Positions 43,155-59,145 of a stretch of DNA of 64,000 bases are shown here, one piece after another. Made by a program: the position numbers and the translations under genes. Numbering within the stretch: the stretch's first letter is position 1; every line of letters starts with the position of its first letter. Source of the stretch: the human T2T-CHM13v2.0 reference genome, Homo sapiens. The notes below the pieces were generated by a model, which was not told the DNA's origin, did no database searches, and saw only the letters and a list, made by a program, of their open reading frames with translations. Location: the NCBI RefSeq assembly GCF_009914755.1, contig NC_060934.1; one strand, written 5' to 3'.

Positions 43155-43360
43155 ATAATATGAATAAAAATAGTATAACAACTATTTTCTCATAGAATTT
43201 ACATTGTAGGTATTCTAAGTAATCTACAGATAATTTAATGTAATGTGTATAGGTTTTATGCAAATAGTACACCATTTACATAAGGACTTGAGCATCTGCA
43301 GATTTTGGTGTTCACGGGGTCCTGGAACCAATCTCTCATGGATACTGAGGGACAATTGCA
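43155..43360. mobile_element. MER2 (Tigger-derived MITE), partial
   Basis: gtataacaactattt...tatgcaaatagtacaccattt..ataaggacttgagcatctgcagattttggt...cctggaaccaatc..catggatactgagggacaa. Confidence 0.88.
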
Positions 43361-43906
43361 TTCGTGAGATAGAAATGAGGAGTCTTGAACCAGTGCCAGT
43401 ATTCTCTATGCTCCCAGACACATATAATACAGACCTATGATAATTGAGGAGAGAGTTGATGACACTGGCATAAGTGAACTTAAGTCCTCTGCCCACCAAG
43501 CCTAGAGGTGATCTCATCAAGCTATTTGGGTTGATTGGCCCAAAGAGTCATTGCATCTCCCTGAGCTGGTTCCATGGGACTGTTCTTAACAGAGATTTCA
43601 ACACGTAAGAGCTATACCTGATAGAACAGGCTACTGCCTCAGATCCAAAGCACTGAGACCTTTTTAAGCAGCGCTTCCTTCTCATCCTGCATCTCACGAA
43701 TACCCTCTGTGAAAATATCTGTACCCAGACCACCACCCAACTCTCATTTGAGTGAAGGAAATCTCATGGTTAAGAAAATGCCAAATTCTAAAACATTTAA
43801 TTGGATGCTATAATCATCCTCCTTATCGTTCAGGCTTCTATTTATAAAGAAGGCTCCATTCTTGCTTGTTTTCTATGTGATCATTTATGTTTTAAATTAG
43901 GAACCA

Positions 43907-44230
<324 letters not shown>

Positions 44231-44764
44231 CTACCAAAAAGCTCAGTGATGGTGAGATGCTTCCATGGTGACACAAGTTATGTAACTGGCTGTGAAGTGT
44301 GTGAGGGCAGGCTACCGCAAGCTCCTGGGGAGGAGCAGTAGGCCAATGTACTCATTTCAGAACTGCATACAGCCCTGATAGCTTAATAAGAATCAAACAA
44401 CCATAATATGTTTGCATTTCTATCTGGCTCCCGGACTCAAAGAAACTTGAATAAATATTGGCACATTTTATAAATGAGCTGTGGGAGTGGGGAAACCCAG
44501 CATCTTTCTCATATAAAATCAGTTCCAGGCAAAATTGTGGAGAAACTTGGTGCAATTTTCAGAATACTGAACATTATATTGTTTTTCCTGCAAATAACTC
44601 ATCCAATTCTTATAATATCCCTTTGAGGTAAACACCAGAAAAGGATCATTAGTCCCAATTGCTTCAGCTAGAGAGGCTAATAGGAGAAACTTGCTCATCA
44701 AGAGCCAAACCAAATTTCAAAGGGAGAAACTTTCTATGTGCTTTGTTTTGAGGTCACTTTATTG

Positions 44765-45065
44765 ATTTTTATTTATTTATTTATTTTGAAACTAGGACTC
44801 ACTCTGTTGCCAAGGCTGGAGTGTAGTGGCGCGATCTTGGCTCATTGCAGCCTCCGCCTCCCAGGTTCAAGCGATTCTTGTGCCTCAGCCTCCTGAGTAG
44901 CTGGGATTACAGGCGTGCACCACCAGGTCCTGCTAGTTTTTGTATTTTTAGTAGAGACAGGGTTTCACCATGTTAGGCTGGTCTCAAACTCCTGGCCTCA
45001 GGTGATCTGCCCGCCTCAGCCTCCCAGTGTGCTGGGATTACAGGCGTGAGCCACTGCACCCGGCC
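44765..45065 (-). mobile_element. AluS
   Basis: Antisense dimer with (TTTA)n tail. Confidence 0.95.
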
Positions 45066-45323
45066 CTTTATTTGTTTTTAATTCCTCCATGTAGTTATTT
45101 ACAGCCAAGTGTCACCAAACAAAGCTATAGAGGAAAAACGGAGATTCATCAAAGACTGAATTGAAGCTTCATAAGCTTCCCTAGATGGGGAAAACGAAAA
45201 GAAAAACAAATTTCTCCTACAGCTGTAGAAAACATGTAGGAAAAACGTAGGGAGAAGCAGCTGAGAAGGAAAAGCAAGCAAGCACTTAGCCATGTAATGT
45301 ATACGGGTCCTAAAATCAGACGG

Positions 45324-45490
45324 AGGACTGTCGTGGGGTGGGTGGGGGGGGAGAGACAGCATTAGGAGATATACCTAATGCTAAATGACGAGTTAATGGG
45401 TGCAGCACACCAACATGGCACATGTATACATATGTAACAAACCTGCACATTGTGCGCACGTACCCTAAAACTTAAAGTATAATAAAAGAA
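45324..45490 (+). mobile_element. L1PA (about L1PA3) extreme 3' end
   Basis: gcattaggagatatacctaatgctaaatgacgagttaatgggtgcagcacaccaacatggc...taccctaaaacttaaagtataataaaa; TSD aaaatcaga. Confidence 0.95.
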
Positions 45491-46002
45491 AAAATCAGAG
45501 GTGACTTCCAGCTCTGAATCGGCTGCCTAGTAACTATGTGGTCTCAGGCAAACTGCTTAAATTCTCTTTGTTTTAAACTGGTAAAATGGGGATAAAGAGG
45601 AAAGTAGACACTGCCCACCCCCAACCCTGGGCAGGGGGCGGGGAGGTGGTAGTGGTGAGGACTAAATGAGATAATGCACATTTAATATTCAATATTATAC
45701 TCTGTCTTTTAATCCCTGCTCATAGATTAGCAACAATTAGTTCTTTTTTGGAGACTAACAGAAAAGTTACCAAAACCGAACTTCAACCAAAGTTTATGGC
45801 ATGATAATCTTTCAATCCTGAATGCTAATAAAAATGCCAAGGGATCACCTTTAGAGTTAATGCAAAATAAAGAGGAGTCATTTACAAAGCAAAACATAAA
45901 TAAACTACTAAGCACAATTAAGCTAAGTAATATGAAAGTAATCTAAACAGTGTAAAATTAAAAAAAGGATGACTTTCTTTGTAAACAAAAAGGAAAAAGA
46001 AA

Positions 46003-46337
<335 letters not shown>

Positions 46338-46750
46338 CTATATAATGTTGCCCTCTTGTCTGTCCTGTAGAAACTTCTAAAATGTAAATGTGCCAAGAAT
46401 ATTTTAATATTCTTTAGCATGAGCCAAAGTCACTTAAATGTTCTGGTCTGATTCTTTCCTGCTTCTCAGAATAACTGAGCTCAGCCCAATCTTTCTGGAA
46501 AAGCAGCAGGAAGAAGCATCCTTCTTTCCTCTCTGGCTCCCCTGCGGGATCAGCTGGAAGGGATGGGGAGCCTCTCAGTCTCAGCAGTCACCAATTAACC
46601 ACCTCCTAAGAGCTCAGCAGCTGATCTGTTTTTTAAAGAGACTAGACATCTTCCACCACTGCAATCTATGTTAAATAGAACTAGACATCTGACCACAATA
46701 ACCGAAGGTTAAATAAACATTTCTTCACAGAATATAGTAAAATAAGGCTA

Positions 46751-47014
<264 letters not shown>

Positions 47015-47789
47015 GTAACCACTAAACCTAGTAAGACAGTGGCAAAGTGATAACATTTATATCCTTCCAGGATTCCCAAGTTACTGTTATCACCGCACTA
47101 ACCATGCTACACAATAGGCAATGACTCCATAGAGTAACACCCTACTCTATGATATGTGTGTTGCTTTAACTAATGGCCCAGGGTTTTGGGGTTTTTTTAG
47201 TTTTCTTCTTGCCATGTTAATTTCTCTGGGGGCTTATGCTCAGATCAGTAGGAACGTCAGCGGCAATTTTCCTTTATTGACTTTGGGTTGCACTCCACAT
47301 TTAATTATGCCAGATAATAACTGCAGAAATACTATATGGAATCCAAGTCACATATCCAGAACACAGGGACAGAACATTTGTGAATTCACCCCTTATGGTA
47401 TTTGGCCCAAGACTCAAGGACAAATTTCTTCACTGAGCAGCTGAGATGTCACAAGTAAAATACCCTCTAACTTTAGTATGTAAAGCCAATCTTTAGTTTA
47501 TAAAGACAAGAAAAGCACCTTTCTGAATTTAGGCCAGTGACAAGAACTCTCTAAGCCTCAATGTCCCCTTCTGCAAAATGATCATGATTAATATCAGCAT
47601 GCATCTCATAAAGAAACCGGATTAGGGTTGTTGTAAGGATTACATAAGATGATGTATACTGAACACTTAGCATAGTACCTGGCAGAGTAGCCAAAAGGAT
47701 TTGGTAGCAGCAGCAGCATCATTAGCACTTAAAAAACTAATGAGACTGGTGAAACTCTCTGAAAGTTACATGGTATTTACCAGCGTTGG

Positions 47790-48130
47790 AAATGTCAATA
47801 CCTTTTAACCCAGCAGATGTATCTCCTGGTATCTATCCTAGAGAAATAATCTCATACACAGCCCAAAGAGCATGTAAAACGCTGTTAATATAATACTTGT
47901 TTGCTATAACAAAAAAATCCTCAAATAACTTAAATGCCTATTATTGACAAAATCATTAAATAATATTTTATTGTACAATGTAATACTATGCAATAGTGTT
48001 AAAGAATAAGGTAGATTTACATGTACTGACACACATAAAAATCTCTAAGATGTATTATTGCTAAGCAGGAAGAAAAATGCAAGTTCAGAACAAATGTGTA
48101 ATAGGAAATAATTTGAATTTAGGGAAAAAA
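47790..48130 (+). mobile_element. Old L1ME 3' fragment
   Basis: ataccttttaacccagca...tatctatcctagagaaata...cttaaatgccta...aaagaataaggtagatttacatgtactgac. Confidence 0.7.
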
Positions 48131-49351
48131 CAGTAAAATACGATATATTTTACCACATAAATTCCCACATAGTGATTTACCCAGGAGAGCACATTGGAAA
48201 CAGGGTCTCTCTTGCTGCTGCAGTTAAGCATTTGATGATGTTGTCTATCTCTGCTACTTTCTGAAATGTCCTGGCCAAGAATGAAATATACTTAGATAAA
48301 TGTTGAGTTGCAAAGCAAGAAAGGACAACTTCTAAAGGGGATTAAAAAAAAAAAAAAAGAAAGAAAAGCGAGAAAGGAGATTTCTGATAACTTCAGCATT
48401 AGGATCCAAGGGGGCCTGAAGCTAGGTCTATTAGCTTGACATTTTAGTTACAGGAGCAATAATTCCTCTAGTTACGGAGTCAGTTTTAGTCCCACATGTG
48501 ATTTTTAATTTGCAATTGAAATACACTCAAACTCCCAGTTTTTTTTCCTTCCCCTACACCCATGGTTTTTAAACATTTTTGTTCCTATATTCAACAGAAT
48601 TTTATATAGAGGCCCAGTATGTAAATCCAGCTATCTAGTGAAAGGTGAGGAAGTGAGAACACAGACCTCAGAACCCTTAGATTGGTCCGACAGAGGGGCT
48701 AAGGCACTACATTTGAAACAAGGCTTTCAGAGCATGTGTCTCTGTTTCCTAGACAAACCAATTAGTGTTAAAGTGCCTCGATTTCTTTATCCCAAATGAG
48801 AATAATAATATGTTCCCTATCTATCTTTTAGGCTTTGATAACATGAAAAGCACAGCTCTTAAGGCATTTTGGAAAAATGCAAATCTTTCTTAAATTAAAA
48901 ATTCTTGTTCCAGTTTCAAAACTGAGTCCATAATAAAGATTTCATTAACCTTAAAATGCACTATTTCAAGCAAAGAGATGGTAGCCTTTAAAACTTCACA
49001 GTGCTGTCAACCCTAAAATACAGCAAACTCTTAAGCACATCTCCTGTAATTATGCTTGAAATTATCACAGTAAATAAAAGGTGATGACAAATCAGACAGC
49101 CACGGATCTCCTGTTGTGGTTTAGAACTTGTATCTATAAATTTCATTCTGTCTTTGAGTCTGGTGTAATCATTTCTGGCATTGTAGAATTATCCAGCAGC
49201 GCAACAAAAACAAGAACTATGGAATGACAATAATAACAACGAATAGCTTTACACTGGCAGGAAAGGGCCTGGCATTTACCAAATTCTAAAACAGAATTCT
49301 CAAAGAGACTCACATCATCTAGATTTATAAAGAGCTTTGGGGAACATCTAG

Positions 49352-49900
<549 letters not shown>

Positions 49901-50218
49901 ATCCCAAGAATAAATTTATTTGTTAAGATATTTAAACTAGATTTCTCAATTTATCCCAAAGATCCCAGGCTTCTAATTCATTCTTTTTCATGCTCTGTCA
50001 CCCATTCAAATACACTATTAAGCTAAAAAAATTTTGTCAGAAGGAAAAAAATAATGAAAGAGAATTCTGTAAGACAAACCTTTTTAATCATAAGAAAACA
50101 CTTCCAGGGAAATGTTAAGACCTCTCTCTGGATCCTCAGTCATTAAGATCTAGGCTGGGTAAAAAAACTGGAAAGCATCTAAGGAAAAAGTAAACCCCGT
50201 TTTGCCCCATGTCTTCAG

Positions 50219-50300
50219 GGAGGAGGACATAGCAATGGGAATTTTAACAAGACTTTTCTGTCACGGGTTCTCATTCAACCTGCAGGTTTTATGTTGGAAG
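50219..50300 (+). other. Candidate exon (unverified)
   Basis: Acceptor ccccgttttgccccatgtcttcag| and consensus donor AAG|GTAAGT. Confidence 0.25.
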
Positions 50301-51445
50301 GTAAGTCTTACAATGTTGATTCCGCCGTCTGAATGATTAATGTTCTCCCTTGCCAGATAAAACGATGCTCTTTTTGTGGAGATATAAGGGAAACAGGCAA
50401 TAACTGCATTGAGTTTTAGGAAGAACAGCTCTCCAGCAAACAAAGCAATACAGTTTTTCTGATTTTCTTTAACATTATTTAACAAGTTAACGAGTCTTGG
50501 TACTCATTCTGGTGCGCTCCTTCCCTTCCTGTCAAGCTTGCTAAGTATCTAATTTCCCTATTGTCTTCAGCTGTTCAAGGTCATCATGGCCCCCAAGCCA
50601 CCCTCCTCCCTGCCACAATCTGGCCCTGTCCTATCCCTTCAGCCTCAAGTTTCACCACCACCAGCCCCTTCTGCCAGCCCTATGATGCCTACTAAATTCG
50701 GCAATGGAGTGTTTCATTGTGGGATTTCATGATTAATGCCTGTCTACCCCACTAAGATAAAAAGCTCCATAAAGGAAGATCTGTGTCTATGTTCAACACA
50801 TAGTCATTGAATGGAACCAAATCATCTTTCCGAAAGTCCTGCTCACTTCACGTCTAGGTTTTTGGTAATGTTCCATAAAAGTAGGACTTCCACAGCTTGT
50901 CCATACTGATATTCTCCTGGCGGGATGTGACTTTCCTTGCTGGTGTTCCCATTCTTGTTCACACGAACAACAGGTTGCCTACAACCATCAATGTCAATTC
51001 TTTTCTAATTTTTCTCTTCTCTATCCTGCTGGAAACAACAAAAAAAGCCTGTGATGGAGAACCATGTATAATGAAATCAGGAGATCTTTCTTTTTAACCA
51101 TTTGTTTTCAATATTTTTCTGGTGATCTTCACCTTGATTCTCAATATCAATCTTATCTAACCAAATAAATGCCTAGTCATCACCTCATTAAACAAGAAAA
51201 CAAGGAAAAGGAAAAGAAAGAAGTCAAGATATCCTGCATGACTAACATGGCCAAATTCTGTGTTTAGCCTTAAGGATTCAAAATATAAATAAATACATAA
51301 ACACACACACATGCTTTCCCCCACAAAAGAAAACTCACAAATAAATAAGAAATGTGCCCTGATTTTAAAAAAACAAGCAATGTAATTTATGAAATAAACA
51401 AATAAATAAGAAATAGGTCCTGCATTTAAAAAATGTTTCATTCTA

Positions 51446-51477
<32 letters not shown>

Positions 51478-51480
51478 GTT

Positions 51481-51775
51481 GGCAGGGCACCGTGGCTCAC
51501 ACCTGTAATCCTAGCACTTTGGGAGGCCAAGGTAGGTGGATCACAAGATCAGGAGTTTGAAACCAGCCTGGCCAATATGGTGAAACCCTGTCTCTACTGA
51601 AAATACAAAAAATTAGCCGGGTGTTGTGGCGGGCGTCTGTAGTCCCAGCTACTCTGGAGGCTGAGGCAGGAGAATCGCTTGAGTAGGTTGCAGTGAGCCA
51701 AGATGGCGCCATTGCATTCCAGCCTGGGAGACAGAGTGAGATTGTGTCTCAATAAAAAAAAAAAAAAAAAAAAAA
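51481..51775 (+). mobile_element. AluS inserted next to an A26 tract (51452-51477)
   Basis: Alu dimer with a short right-arm deletion; poly(A)+gt on both flanks. Confidence 0.94.
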
Positions 51776-52720
51776 GTGACAACTAAACAAATGCAATGAT
51801 GTATTATAGGTGCTGCATCAGATAGATGGAAAGGGGTGTCAGTTTTATATTGAAGGGTTAACACATGCTGCAGGAGATGGATGGCATTTGACATAAGGCT
51901 TTAGGAATGCATATGAAACTGATAGTGCCCTGAAAGATAGGGAGTTTAGGCCAAAAGAGAAGGATGCGCATTTGAGTAACTTCAGATCCTTCAGTCTGGG
52001 GTATCAGGCCTTGAGAGACCAGGACCGTATTATGAAGGACCATCAATGCCAGGTTAAAGAGCTGGACTTTATTCTGCAATGGGGAACTGCTAAAGGGGAG
52101 CGATCCAATCAGACTTTTGTTTTAGGACAGTGGCTATAAGCTTAAGTGTGCATAAGATTTACATACATCAAACACTGAGATTCTGATCCAAAATACCTGA
52201 TTTCATTATAAGGGTCCTAAGAAGCTGAATTTTAATTAATCCTGGTGGTTTTCAGGTAAGTAGTCTGAGGTCCATACTTTTCCTAAATTTGCTGCAAATA
52301 GGAAATTGCAGCTGCCACTATTGACCAGAATGAAAAGGTCAATAAAATGAATCTGACCTTTCCCAATGTTCCTACTGTACAACTGGGAGGTATTTTCAGG
52401 GTATGCAATATCTGACTTGAACTTCATATTTGTAGAGTGTTACAGGGCATGGACAACTTGGGCCCAGCCATGCATTCTGGTTTTCAATTCAGCTCATCAC
52501 CAATTCTCCACAGAAAGGGAAAAGGGTCAACCTATCCATTAGGCAGAGTTTGCAGAATGCCTAAGGCACACACAACAGTTTTAAGGGGCCATGCCAATAT
52601 TTTAATTTATTTTAAAGTCAGGAAAAAAAATTTTAAGTTGAGAAAAATGTTTAAATTAATAACATGGATATATATTTATGTGTGTGTATGTGTGTGTGTG
52701 TTATGTGAATATATATCTTC

Positions 52721-53310
<590 letters not shown>

Positions 53311-53799
53311 ACATTAATATGTTTATTGATAAATATATTTAACATATTTATGTTTATCAATAAATACATGTAATATATATTTCTGTACTACTAATAATAT
53401 ATCTATATAAATACAATCAAAATATATTTTTATGGATAAAGAGACCCCAAATGCAAAAGTGCCTAAGGTCTACACAAATCAACATACAACCCAGAAAGGA
53501 TGGGTGAGAAAATGCAGAGGTTTAAAAACTCTTTACACATTGGGCACTGACATGAGCCTCATGTACGTCAGAGGGTGGGAAAAGAAGTGTATTTTTGATA
53601 TAAACAGGAGGCAAAGAATCTGAAAAGAGGAAGGGCTTTGATTCCAAAGAAGGGATTATTTGGCTTTCTAAATTTCTGTGTTAGTTGCTGAAATCTAAAA
53701 ACCTCCCAGAAAAATGCAATCTTGAATTAGGATAAGCCTCTCATGAGGACCCAAAACACTGGGTCTACCAGTTAGCATAGAAGGTATGAAAGAGCATAA

Positions 53800-54318
<519 letters not shown>

Positions 54319-54738
54319 TGACATTATGCAACCCTTTCCACTTTAAGATTGTCTGTACAGCCCTGATAGGTTATTATTTTGTTACTGTCGCTTTAACTCA
54401 CTTTTCTACCAGAAATTTTATTATTAGGCATGGTATCTATTTTACGTAAGGAAAATGGGTTATTCTGATTATCAGAAAAAGTACTTTACATATTTTTGTT
54501 AAAGTTGCTCTTATATTCAAACTTCTCACTTTAGCATTCAAAGCCCTTCAACACTTGGCTACAGGCTAACTCCACACTCTGTTCTCACTTTTACTGCACT
54601 CTAGCCAAAACGGACCATTTGTCACCGCAGTGCGTTGCCAATATTTTCCCAATGTTATGTCCCTGCTCCAGTTGTTCCCTGAAAATGGAGACCCATCTTT
54701 ACCCAAGCCCATCTCTCATACCCCTGTTTAGGAAGCTT

Positions 54739-55037
54739 GCCGGGTGCGTTGGCTCACACCTATAATCCCAGCACTTTGGGAGGCAGAGGCAGGCAGATTG
54801 CCTAAGCTCAGGAGTTCGAGACCAGTCTGGGCAATGTGGTGAAACCCTGTCTCTAAAAAAAAAATACAAAGAGTAGCCAGGTGTAGTGGCACATGTCTGT
54901 AGTCCCAGCTATTCAGGAGGCGGAGGTGGGAGGATCACCTGAGCCCGCGAAGTCAAGGCTGCAGTGAGCCGAGCTGCAATCATGTCACTGCACTCCTAGG
55001 CGACAGAATGAGACCAAGTCTCCAACAACAACAAAAA
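54739..55037 (+). mobile_element. AluJb-like
   Basis: gctcaggagttcgagacc, ggaggatcacctgagccc, gtcaaggctgcagtgagc; (CAA)n tail. Confidence 0.92.
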
Positions 55038-55911
55038 GACTTTACTCTCTGGCTACCTGGATGGGGCCTTTCCTTCTTTCTAAGTCTTTTGATACTGTTT
55101 TGTACCTTTCTTATTGCCTCAATCATTTTAACACCATATTTTAGTTATGATTAGGTATTTTCTGTCTTGATTATCAGACTGAAAGTAAGTGCATTACAGA
55201 GAGTGAGCTTTAGTATACAGCAATACATATAAGTGGTGCTCAGTAATGCCTGACAAGGTCTTTGTAACAACATAAATTACCTTAGCATGTCATCTCACTG
55301 TCTTTCCACTTACTTTGCCTCATTTTTCTTCATGGTCCTTAACACTACTTTAAATCCTATACTCTACGTTTATTTGTTAATTTGTCTTTCAATTAGGGTA
55401 TAAATTCCACCAAAGTAGGAGGGCATTGTTTCATTCACTGCGGTAGCCCCAATGACTAGGACTTTTCCAGGGATGTGATATTTGCAAAGTAAATATTTTT
55501 CAATGAATTATTTAATAATATCTAATAAGTACTTATAAATGAATATTTTATGGCGTACGTGAAGATGGAAAACGTCTCATGACCTTCAGAGTTGAGCTAT
55601 CTCCCCTATGGAAGCTTACTTAAGTGTACCTCTTCACACCCATTCACATCGTAGGTGACACCATTTTTTGGATGGAGTAGAAAAGCAATCTGTATTCAGC
55701 CCAAAGGAAAAACCATAGAAGGGACAGAACCAAAAAACAGAAGGGTGGCTTTTATGAAGGAGCTATTTTGACACAGCCACATGACACTAAGGCCATGTTT
55801 AATGACAGTAGCGGTAAATTTGTGTTTCAGAAACCTGTACTAAGGACTCTTTAAAAGGAGAATAGCAACACATTGAGGGCAAAAGAGAGTGTCTGAGAGA
55901 GAAGCAGACAA

Positions 55912-56366
55912 TTATTGCGGCACTACTCACAATAGCAAAGACTTGGAACCAATCCAAATGTCCAACAATGATAGACTGGATTAAGAAAATGTGGCACATA
56001 TACACCATGGAATACTATGCAGCCATAAAAAATGATGAGTTCATGTCCTTTGTAGGGACATGGATGAAATTGGAAATCATCATTCTCAGTAAACTATCGC
56101 AAGGACAAAAAACCAAACACCGCATGTTCTCACTCATAGGTGGTGGGAATTGAACAATGAGAACACATGGACACAGGAAGGGGAACATCACACTCTGGGT
56201 ACTGTTGTGGGGTGGGGGGAGGGGGGAGGGATAGCATTAGGAGATATACCTAATGCTAAATGACGAGTTAATGGGTGCAGCACACCAGCATGGCACATGT
56301 ATACATATGTAACTAACCTGCACATCGTGCACATGTACCCTAAAACTTAAGGTATAATAAAAAAAA
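55912..56366 (+). mobile_element. L1PA2/3-like 5'-truncated LINE-1 (ORF2 C-terminus plus 3' UTR)
   Basis: ORF 55968-56153 IDWIKKMWHIYTMEYYAAIKNDEFMSFVGTWMKLE...HRMFSLIGGGN is the L1 ORF2p C-terminus; G-rich 3' UTR and poly(A). Confidence 0.97.
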
Positions 56367-57844
56367 TACACCCCAGGGCAGGTGGTGAGCTCTGCTGCCT
56401 GAACCCAAAATTTCAGCCATCTAAGAAAATATTTTGTCTGCTACATGCCTGGGTTGGGACCTGTCGTAAGTTTAAGTGCTAAAACTTCTTCATTGTTACA
56501 TTTCTATTACTGGGAAACTCCAGCTTCTTTAAATAAGAAAACTTTCCCTTTTGTTTTTCACTTAGCATTGAAGTTTGTCTTTAATGTATTATTCAGGTTT
56601 GGGCAACGATTAATTAATCAGAACCCTTTTGTACTGGGAGACTAGAACTAAGTCTTGGCTAAATCACACCAGATGCTCCAAATTAGATTCTGTCAAGTGG
56701 ATGACGGTATCAAACATTCTTGTTAATTATGCAGTAAAAATTACAAGAGGCTAAAGATGAATTTGGATTTTTAGGAGTAAAAATTTTCCTGGTGTCTTGG
56801 ATATATGTACGATGCTACCAAAATTCCACCTTTGGCTAATATTTTGTGTGAAGAGAGAATAATTATTAAACGAAACGTAATATATCTCAGCTTAGAAGTT
56901 TCGCTTCAAGCCCATTTAATGAGGGATATCAGTGCATAAAATTAGTTTTTCCACAAGTGTACATGCATATTCCAAGTGTTTCAAGGAATCTGGCCCACTA
57001 AAACATGATCCTGTGAGAAAAGGTCTAATCAGCCAAAAACCTTAACCCTTAACTTTAAAAATTAGCCTAAGGGGGAGATTCAGTCAAAACAGATATATTT
57101 GTTAGTTGTATTCCTGAATCTCAGGTATTAGCGGATTCAGTTTAATAGCTGATGCTTACACATAATGGTTAGATTTCTTTCTCTTTTTTTTCTGGCAACT
57201 TACTTTCTAGGGCTGACAGGTTTTTACAGAAAATGGTCACTTTTAAACACCTGACAGAGAAAAATCACATGTGAGAAATGAATCAATCAAAGAACAGGAG
57301 TGTATGCTTCAGACATAAGGAAAATTCCTTTTCCACAATCAGAAGCAGCTGATTCCTGTGAGGAGAAGACTCTAAGACATTGCTTTCTGATTCTGAAGGA
57401 TGTATTTTGATTGTAGAACAGTTCAATAGAAACCCCAGTGAGAATAATGGCACTCTATTTAGGCTTTATTTCCAGAACCTTCTAGTCCTGCTAAAAGTAG
57501 GCACAAAATGGCTTTAGTGGCACCTCTCCTCAAAACTGAATTCTGTATAGAATTTAATATGCCACAAGTTCATCTTGTCAGCAGTTGAACCAAAGCTCCT
57601 GTGTACTTCCAAGAAATGGATCAATGGACACTTCAGTCCATTCTTACAGCACAGAGGAAATGGGACTGGGTATTTTCTTTTTAGAACCAAAAGTATCAAC
57701 CAGGCCTTCTTAAGTATATATATGGTTTTGCAGGCTAGAGAGTGAAGCTCTCTACTATGTCAAAGAAGAGTGGGCTGAATTTTCCCATTGCTCAGGCATC
57801 ATCCCTCCCTCCACATCTTTACAACAATCTAGATGAGTCTTCCT

Positions 57845-58300
57845 TATTCATTCACATATCCTTTCAGTCTTTTATTCATTAAATCGTTTAATATATAGTA
57901 TGAGCCAGGTTCTGTGTGACATAAAGTTTTCTTCCTTCTTTCCTTCCTTTTTCTCTCCCTCCTTCCTTCCCTCCCTTCCTTCCACAAATAACAATTGAAC
58001 ACCTACAATGGATCAGGCACTCTTTTAAGTATTAGGCATACAGCAGTAAGCAAGAAAGTCTAGAATATTGTTCTCAAGGAGCTTATAGTTTAGTGGATGG
58101 CAGCACACAAGTAAATAGAAACAATAAATGAGAACATTTCAAATTTCAGACAGCCACGTGTTATGAGGATAAGAAAACAAGGCAGTGGGATAGAGAGTGC
58201 CTAAAGTTGATGTAATACTTCAGATCTTTCCAAGGAGCTGAAATCTTACCAGCCATAAAAATATCTAGTAGATGAGCAATTGTCCAGGCTCTGAGCTGAG
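57845..58300 (-). mobile_element. L2 fragment(s) containing a (TTCC)n tract at about 57930-57983
   Basis: ttgaacacctacaatggatcaggcact...gcatacagcagtaagcaaga...tctcaaggagcttatagtttagtgg. Confidence 0.75.
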
Positions 58301-58387
58301 AGCCATTTTGTCAAGTCCATAGTACAGAAAGCTCAGTATGTGTCTAGAATATTGAATTGGAACCTGAAAGATGTTTACAATCCAGTG

Positions 58388-58572
58388 TGGAGGTTCTTAA
58401 CATGTTTCTAGTTGTCAACGCCAATGGGTGTATGAAGAAAGTTTAGACAGTTTCTCCAGAAAAACACCCATCCATGCTTCTAGGCACACACTAAGTATTT
58501 ACTATATTAACTCAGGGGGTTCATGGATCTTTTGAAGCCCATTTGTATAAGCCCTGGAGATTCATGGACTCT
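58388..58572. mobile_element. MER117-like hAT MITE
   Basis: gaggttcttaac...tctccagaaaaa...tcagggggttcatggatc..ttgaagcccat. Confidence 0.65.
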
Positions 58573-59030
58573 TGTCAGAGTGGTAGAATGATTTTTAGTG
58601 TTATGATGCTGCTCTTAAAATAAGATTGAACTAATTTGTACTGGCTTGCATGTCTGTGCCAAGCATTTTCAGATACATTAATAATTTAACATTTATAAAA
58701 TGAAACCAAGAATTCCAGAGATGCAGTGAGTTGTTTAAGACACGCTAATTCATGAAAGGGCTGGTACTTGAACCCAACTTTTTAGATGCTAATCCTACCT
58801 TGCCAATATCCTCTTCCTGACTTAAGGACTAAGAAAATTGTTGGCACAGACTTTTCAGTGACATAAATCATCTCTGTGTCCTACCCTGCCTTGGTCTTAT
58901 GGACTACTGGTGTTGCACAGAACTGTTTTGCAAAGTCACCCTAAATGGACTTTTACAGTCTAGCCTCAGCCTAGGCTTGGATCTTTTGTTATTCATGCTT
59001 CAATTGTTGCTACCCACACCTAAGAATTTA

Positions 59031-59145
59031 GAATTTAGTGTCATCTGCAGGTTTCATTAGCAAGCTGCTTATTACAGCTCTTCCAGGTCATTAATGAAGC
59101 TGTTAAATATGTCTGGTTCTGGACTTCCCTGTGGAGGCCTGCTGG
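59031..59145 (-). mobile_element. CR1/L3 LINE fragment, reverse-transcriptase core
   Basis: Minus-strand translation SRPPQGSPEPDIFNSFINDLEE / (frameshift) LLMKPADDTKF matches the CR1 RT motifs SGVPQGSVLGP..FNIFINDL and LIKFADDTKL. Confidence 0.85.

Noticed and set aside
55968-56153. ORF with true protein similarity (L1 ORF2p C-terminus)
   Set aside because: Part of a 5'-truncated L1 with no promoter or RT/EN domains; not a host CDS
56205-56232. G-quadruplex-like tract
   Set aside because: Standard G-rich segment of the L1PA 3' UTR
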